The notes below the pieces were generated by a model. The model ran no database searches. It had not been told where the DNA came from and saw only the letters and a list, made by a program, of their open reading frames with translations. Both the position numbers and the translations under genes were made by a program. Below, piece by piece: positions 7,479 through 11,681 of a DNA stretch of 11,681 bases; positions within the stretch are counted from its first letter, which is position 1; every line of letters starts with the position of its first letter. The DNA is from Candidatus Firestoneibacteriota bacterium (GTDB lineage: Bacteria; Oederibacteriota; D2-FULL-39-29; JBDRBU01), in NCBI GenBank assembly GCA_043822305.1, contig JBDRBU010000028.1:1-11681 (forward strand), in the 5' to 3' direction.

Positions 7479-9239
7479 CTAAAGATGCTTAACTACTTTG
7501 CTATTCCTATTTCCCTTTAAATATTTCTGCAATTGCCAATACTCTTCTATTAACTTTTTATCCACATCTTTTTTACCCAGATTTTTTACTTCTTCCTCTA
7601 ACTCTATTAAACGCTTTTTCATTCTGTTTTCTTCAATAACCCTTATTAAATCATTTTCAGCTTTTATTTCATCCTTATATTCTTCTTTTTCAAAAACTAA
7701 TTCAGTGTAAGCTTTTGTTAAATTTTCATCAGTAAAATCCGATATATTTATATTATTTGTTTCTTTGTTTTCATCTAAATAACTAAAAACTATCTCTAAT
7801 AATTTAGCAAAAACAGGATTAGAAAAATCCGAAGGAGTAATTTTATTCCTTACTCTTTTCGCAATATTAGAATTACCTAATACCAACTTCAACAATTTTC
7901 TTTCTGCTAACTCATATATGGCTAAAACTTTTGGACTTTTTTTCTCGTTTATATCAATTTTATAGATTTTTCTTAACAACTTATCTAATTCTTTGGAAAT
8001 ATAAGTCTCAGGGATACTTAATTTCTCAGATATTAACTTTCTATATTCTAAACGTTTACCATCATCCTGCACTTTAGCCACGACAGGCAACATCTCATTA
8101 ACTAATTTTAACTTTCCTTTAAGGTCAGAAAGTTTTTCTTTTTTAGAAATATCAAACCAAAAATCTATAATTTCCTTAGATTTACTTAAACAAGAAAGAA
8201 ACTGGTGTTTTCCTTTTTTATTTAAATATTCATCAGGGTCCTTGCCTTCCTCTAAAACCGCTATCTTTACATTTAATCCTTCTTCAATCAATAAATCTAA
8301 ACCCCTTAGACTAGCCTTAATACCTGCCAGATCAATATCATATGCAATTACAGCGTTATCAGCATATCTTTTAACAATCTGTGTTTGCTCTTTCGTTAAA
8401 GCGGTCCCTAATGTTGCGACTACATTTGTTATCCCAAATTGATGCGATGTTATACAATCAAAATAACCTTCAACGATTATGGCTTTATTTTCTTTGACTA
8501 TACTCTCCTTTGCGAAATGCCAACCATATAAATTTCTACCTTTTATATAAACAGGGGATTCCGGAGAATTAATATACTTTGGCAAACTATCATCTAATAC
8601 TCTCCCACCAAATCCGCAGATTTTTCCTGAATTGTTAAAGATAGAAAACATTAATCTATTTCTAAACCTATCATAATAACCTTCGCTTTTTTCTCTTTTA
8701 ATCACTAAACCCGTTTGAAGGAGTAAATAATCAGAAATGTTATTTTTCCTGGCAAAATTGTAAAAACCATCCCACGCATCTGGAGCAAATCCTAACAAAA
8801 ATCTATTAATAGTTTCATTATTAATATTTCTTCTTTTTAAATAGTCCTGAACAGATTTACTTTCTAATAATTTTTCCTTAAAAAATTTGGCAGCTAATTC
8901 ATTTATTTTATAAATTTCTTCTTTTATGTCCTCTTTTACTCCAGCCAAGGCTAATCTTATTCCATTTTTTTCTGCAAGAAATTTTACAGCATCGATAAAA
9001 TTTAAATTTTCAACCTTTGAAATAAAATGAAAAACATTCCCACCAACTCCGCACCCGAAGCAGTGAAAAATTTGCTTAGCAGGACTAACCAAAAACGAAG
9101 GGGTTTTTTCCACATGAAAAGGGCATAGCCCTTTAAAATTTACACCCGCTTTTCGTAGCGAAACATAATCAGAGATTGTACCAACAATGTTAGATACTTC
9201 TTTAATCTCTAAAATTTTTTCTTCAGGTATTAACCCCAT
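7479..9239 (-). CDS. dnaG: DNA primase
   Basis: CHC2 zinc finger (CPFH..KTPSF...FHCFGC), YDRFRNRLMF, GFGGR, KYINSPE, TOPRIM EGYFD and DxD (YDIDLAG), KDPDE. Confidence 0.98.
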   Translation of the reverse strand: MGLIPEEKILEIKEVSNIVGTISDYVSLRKAGVNFKGLCPFHVEKTPSFLVSPAKQIFHCFGCGVGGNVFHFISKVENLNFIDAVKFLAEKNGIRLALAGVKEDIKEEIYKINELAAKFFKEKLLESKSVQDYLKRRNINNETINRFLLGFAPDAWDGFYNFARKNNISDYLLLQTGLVIKREKSEGYYDRFRNRLMFSIFNNSGKICGFGGRVLDDSLPKYINSPESPVYIKGRNLYGWHFAKESIVKENKAIIVEGYFDCITSHQFGITNVVATLGTALTKEQTQIVKRYADNAVIAYDIDLAGIKASLRGLDLLIEEGLNVKIAVLEEGKDPDEYLNKKGKHQFLSCLSKSKEIIDFWFDISKKEKLSDLKGKLKLVNEMLPVVAKVQDDGKRLEYRKLISEKLSIPETYISKELDKLLRKIYKIDINEKKSPKVLAIYELAERKLLKLVLGNSNIAKRVRNKITPSDFSNPVFAKLLEIVFSYLDENKETNNINISDFTDENLTKAYTELVFEKEEYKDEIKAENDLIRVIEENRMKKRLIELEEEVKNLGKKDVDKKLIEEYWQLQKYLKGNRNSKVVKHL

Positions 9240-10199
9240 TTAACAGGTCCTGCTTACTCTATAAAATCCAGAACAGGGAACAATATTTATGCCTTCTGCT
9301 TTTAATACTTCATCAAGTAATAAATTAAGTCCCAAACTATCACTGGATATATGCCCGGCCACAATAACATTAATATGACACTTTTCCATTTCTTTCTTAT
9401 GCTCTTCTGAAAAATGCATCCCGATTATAGTTCCTACGCCTGCTTGTGAAATTTTCTCGTAAACCTCTTTTGCACCCTCTGTGCCGCCAGTCATATCTAC
9501 AAATATCTTTCCAACTCTATTTGAATCGTTTCCAACAATTATCCTGGGACCGGCATTATTTGATAATGCATATGCATACTCAGGAATTTCTTTTAATATA
9601 TTTATTACATCTTTAAGCGTCTCTGGTTTTTTAGTATCAACTAAAGATTGTAAATAAGTGACAACAAAATTATCCGCGACTGTATGAGCACACATAAGAG
9701 GAATATCCATAAGTCTTGCTGCATCTACAGTTCTCATATGATTTAAAGGCAAAACCTTTCTTTCTACTTCTTTTATCCTTGGAGAGAGTGTGCTTTCGGC
9801 TACATTAATTGGAACACCGAATTTACACAAAATATCTGCTTGCATTCCCATTACTTCATAAAAATTTGCAAAAGCTTTACCTAAAGGATGATGACCTAAA
9901 ATCAAATCAATCTTTCCATTTTTGTCTGAAATCCTATCTGTTAATAAAACTTCAGCAACCTCAATATCTATTCCTACTATTACTCTTTTCACATCAAGGT
10001 TTAAATCTCCATTAAGTACTCTGGTATCTGTATAAGGATTTATTAATTTTTCTTTATCAAATTCTTTTTTTTCTTCATCTCTTAATTTTTCATAGTCATT
10101 GGAAACCCTTTTTAATACTTTTAACACTGCCTCTTTTCCTCGTGGATCATTTTCTATCCCTTTTTTTACTATTAACTCATATAAGTCTTTTATTTTCAT
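9240..10199 (-). CDS. NIF3-like ('NGG1p interacting factor NIF3') putative dinuclear metal protein, function unknown
   Basis: DPRG, NPY.DTR, GID, HHP, GVPINVAE, HT.ADN, IPEY, DMTGGT, GMH, AGH.SSD.LG. ATG 10199 (MKIKDLY, with GGAG 6 nt upstream) is preferred over ATG 10211. Confidence 0.8.
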   Translation of the reverse strand: MKIKDLYELIVKKGIENDPRGKEAVLKVLKRVSNDYEKLRDEEKKEFDKEKLINPYTDTRVLNGDLNLDVKRVIVGIDIEVAEVLLTDRISDKNGKIDLILGHHPLGKAFANFYEVMGMQADILCKFGVPINVAESTLSPRIKEVERKVLPLNHMRTVDAARLMDIPLMCAHTVADNFVVTYLQSLVDTKKPETLKDVINILKEIPEYAYALSNNAGPRIIVGNDSNRVGKIFVDMTGGTEGAKEVYEKISQAGVGTIIGMHFSEEHKKEMEKCHINVIVAGHISSDSLGLNLLLDEVLKAEGINIVPCSGFYRVSRTC

Positions 10200-10220
10200 A
10201 TTTTTCTCCATTTTTTTATT

Positions 10221-10248
10221 CCCCCTTATTAAAGGGGGTCAGGGGGTT
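10221..10248. repeat. Short C5/G5/G5 palindromic intergenic element
   Basis: CCCCCTT-ATTA-AAGGGGG-TCA-GGGGG: a 7-bp stem plus an extra G5 tract; a GC-rich island in an AT-rich spacer. Confidence 0.6.
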
Positions 10249-10252
10249 GTTA

Positions 10253-10798
10253 TTATTTTTTTGAAATATGTCTATTTCCATTAATATAAAATCTTAAAAG
10301 TCTTTCTTTGCCTTTTTTTATACCAACTCTTTCTGTCTTAACTATTTTAAAGTTAGAAAAACCATCATCTACTATATAAAGTTCTTTACCTTTTGTTAAA
10401 TCATATGAATTAAATTTTTTGCTAATACTTAATGCTTTTGTTAATTTACCTGGACCATTAGTAAGGTTTTTGGCTATACCCTTTAATGGTTCTAATGCTC
10501 TAATTAAAACTGCTCCAGGAGTCCCTTCTTTCTCCGTAACTACATTCATTAAAAAATGGTTACCATAACAAAAATACACATAGGCTAAACCAGGTTCCCC
10601 AAACATTACACTATTTCTTGGAAGTTTCCCATGAGAAGCATGACTGGCAGGATCATCTTTTCCTAAATATGCTTCAACCTCTACTATTCTTCCTGAAAGA
10701 ATTTTGTTTTTGACTTTTCTGATTAAAATTTTTCCTAATAATTCTTTAGCAACTTTTATAGTTTTTCTTGAGTAAAAATCTCTTTTTAATATTACCAT
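10253..10798 (-). CDS. mpg: DNA-3-methyladenine glycosylase (Mpg/AAG family)
   Basis: A..LLGK.L, GRIVEVEAYLG.DD.ASH, MFG.PG.AYVY..YG, AVLIRALEP, NGPGKL, RVGI, RFYI. Confidence 0.93.
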   Translation of the reverse strand: MVILKRDFYSRKTIKVAKELLGKILIRKVKNKILSGRIVEVEAYLGKDDPASHASHGKLPRNSVMFGEPGLAYVYFCYGNHFLMNVVTEKEGTPGAVLIRALEPLKGIAKNLTNGPGKLTKALSISKKFNSYDLTKGKELYIVDDGFSNFKIVKTERVGIKKGKERLLRFYINGNRHISKK

Positions 10799-10802
10799 CC
10801 AC

Positions 10803-11246
10803 TTATTTTAATCTTTCCCTAACAATCTGATTAACAAGATTACCATCTGCTTTACCCCGAACAAGAGACATAAGTTTACCCATAACTTTACCAATATCTT
10901 TAGGTGTAGATGCTCCTACCTCTTTAACCGCATCTTCTATTAACTTCTTAATCTCATCAACACTTAACTGTGGGGGCAAATAAGATTCAAGTATCTTTTT
11001 CTCGTTTTCTTCTTTTTCTGCAAGATCGTTTCTGTTTCCCGTTTTAAATTGCTCTATTGATTCTTTTCTTTGCTTAATAGATGTTTGAACCACTGCCAAA
11101 ATCTCATCATCGGAAAATTTTTTGATCTTCGCTATTTCAGCATTCCTGAAGGCACTCTTTAATAGCCTAATGGTTGAAACCTTCAATGAGTCTTTTGCCT
11201 TTACTGCTATTTTTAAATCTTCATCTAATTTTTCTCTTAACCCCAT
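10803..11246 (-). CDS. yqeY: GatB/YqeY domain protein
   Basis: L.EDLK.A.KAKD..K...IR.L, KQRKESIEQF..GNR.DLA.KE..E, YLP.QLS, KD.GKVM, GKADG. Usual position after rpsU; its SD GAGGA overlaps the rpsU stop. Confidence 0.93.
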   Translation of the reverse strand: MGLREKLDEDLKIAVKAKDSLKVSTIRLLKSAFRNAEIAKIKKFSDDEILAVVQTSIKQRKESIEQFKTGNRNDLAEKEENEKKILESYLPPQLSVDEIKKLIEDAVKEVGASTPKDIGKVMGKLMSLVRGKADGNLVNQIVRERLK

Positions 11247-11255
11247 TTAAAATCC

Positions 11256-11450
11256 TCACTGCATTCTTTCTAATCTTCTTTTCAATTTTCTGGCCGCAGA
11301 TTCTTCCTTTTTCTTCCTCTTGGCACTAGGTTTTTCATAATGCTCTCTCTTCTTGATCTCTGTCAAGATACCTTCCAACTGACATTTTCTCTTAAATCTT
11401 CTAAGTGCTGATTCAAAAGATTCATCAGATCTAACAATAACCTCTACCAC
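11256..11450 (-). CDS. rpsU: 30S ribosomal protein bS21
   Basis: [12 protein letters not shown]...[18 protein letters not shown]; 64 aa; GTG start with SD AAAGGGG. Confidence 0.97.
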   Translation of the reverse strand: MVEVIVRSDESFESALRRFKRKCQLEGILTEIKKREHYEKPSAKRKKKEESAARKLKRRLERMQ

Positions 11451-11476
11451 ATTTCATCGCCCCTTTCTATAATAAA

Positions 11477-11504
11477 ATAGTCCCCTCTTAGATGAGAAGA
11501 CTAT
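11477..11504 (-). promoter_or_regulatory. 5' leader hairpin of the rpsU transcript
   Basis: Minus-strand RNA AUAGUCUUCUC-AUCUAA-GAGGGGACUAU forms 11 bp with two G-U pairs and is followed by UUUAUU. Confidence 0.55.
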
Positions 11505-11507
11505 CTA

Positions 11508-11536
11508 ATTATAACAAAAATTTTATGTTTTGTCAA
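11508..11536 (-). promoter_or_regulatory. Consensus sigma70 promoter of the rpsU-rpoD operon
   Basis: Minus strand TTGACA (11536..11531), 17 bp, TATAAT (11513..11508); a perfect match. Confidence 0.85.
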
Positions 11537-11545
11537 TATATCGTT

Positions 11546-11614
11546 TTGCCTCATCAAAAATCGATACGAAATCGTATCATTGCCTCACATAAGAATCGAT
11601 ACAAAATTATATCA
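11546..11614. repeat. Two imperfect ~35-bp tandem repeats, each with a 16-bp palindrome (putative operators)
   Basis: TTGCCTCATCAAAAATCGATACGAAATCGTATCA (11546..11579) and TTGCCTCACATAAGAATCGATACAAAATTATATCA (11580..11614). Confidence 0.65.
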
Positions 11615-11632
11615 CTTTTTTACATAAAAATC

Positions 11633-11676
11633 TATACAAAAATTAAAACTACCTCTATAATATTTCAAAAGGAGGT
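11633..11676 (+). promoter_or_regulatory. Probable promoter and ribosome-binding site of a divergent gene starting just beyond the window
   Basis: TATACA (11633..11638), 17 bp, TATAAT (11656..11661), then a strong SD AAGGAGGT (11669..11676) 5 nt before the window end. Confidence 0.55.
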
Positions 11677-11681
11677 GGCAA

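Noticed and set aside
7558..7566. Perfect DnaA box TTATCCACA near the 3' end of dnaG
   Set aside because: A single box inside coding sequence (D-V-D-K codons); one 9-mer in 11.7 kb of AT-rich DNA is not unexpected, and there is no box cluster or origin context.
1072..10284. Shadow ORFs in the track (1072..1383, 3794..3997, 4301..4609, 4569..4799, 4576..4758, 5042..5359, 5689..5955, 6035..6250, 6718..6987, 7498..7710, 8242..8442, 9809..10015, 10099..10284)
   Set aside because: All overlap well-supported genes, antisense or out of frame. Most have the F/L/S/I-rich composition expected of antisense frames, and none shows a recognisable motif.
11431..11457. Out-of-frame u[11 protein letters not shown] overlapping the rpsU start
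   Set aside because: Its ATG is only 2 nt from the SD, too close for efficient initiation; GTG 11450 has normal spacing.
11546..11614. Degenerate CRISPR array
   Set aside because: Only two abutting units with no spacer, and no cas genes in the window.

Overview
AT-rich bacterial chromosomal window that is mostly housekeeping. The right half is an expanded macromolecular-synthesis operon on the - strand: rpsU, GatB/YqeY protein, Mpg/AAG glycosylase, NIF3-like protein, dnaG, rpoD. It is driven by a perfect sigma70 promoter (TTGACA-17-TATAAT). The middle holds a + strand glycogen/maltodextrin phosphorylase, divergent from a - strand pair of an NDP-sugar 4-epimerase and a galactokinase-like GHMP kinase. 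The left end, missed by the ORF track, is the left end and 5' part of an IS1634-type transposase, next to an ABC-ATPase gene remnant that is cut on its other side by an IS3-like terminal repeat. I see no CRISPR array, tRNA or rRNA, and no clearly new multi-gene system. The best leads are: a GalK-like kinase lacking the conserved sugar-binding Glu; a nested REP/MITE-like palindrome after rpoD with a 5-bp duplication; a NIF3-like gene abutting dnaG; a strand-specific hairpin in the rpsU leader; tandem palindromic operator-like repeats; and two apparently leaderless genes. All family calls come from motif recognition by eye; no database searches were run.
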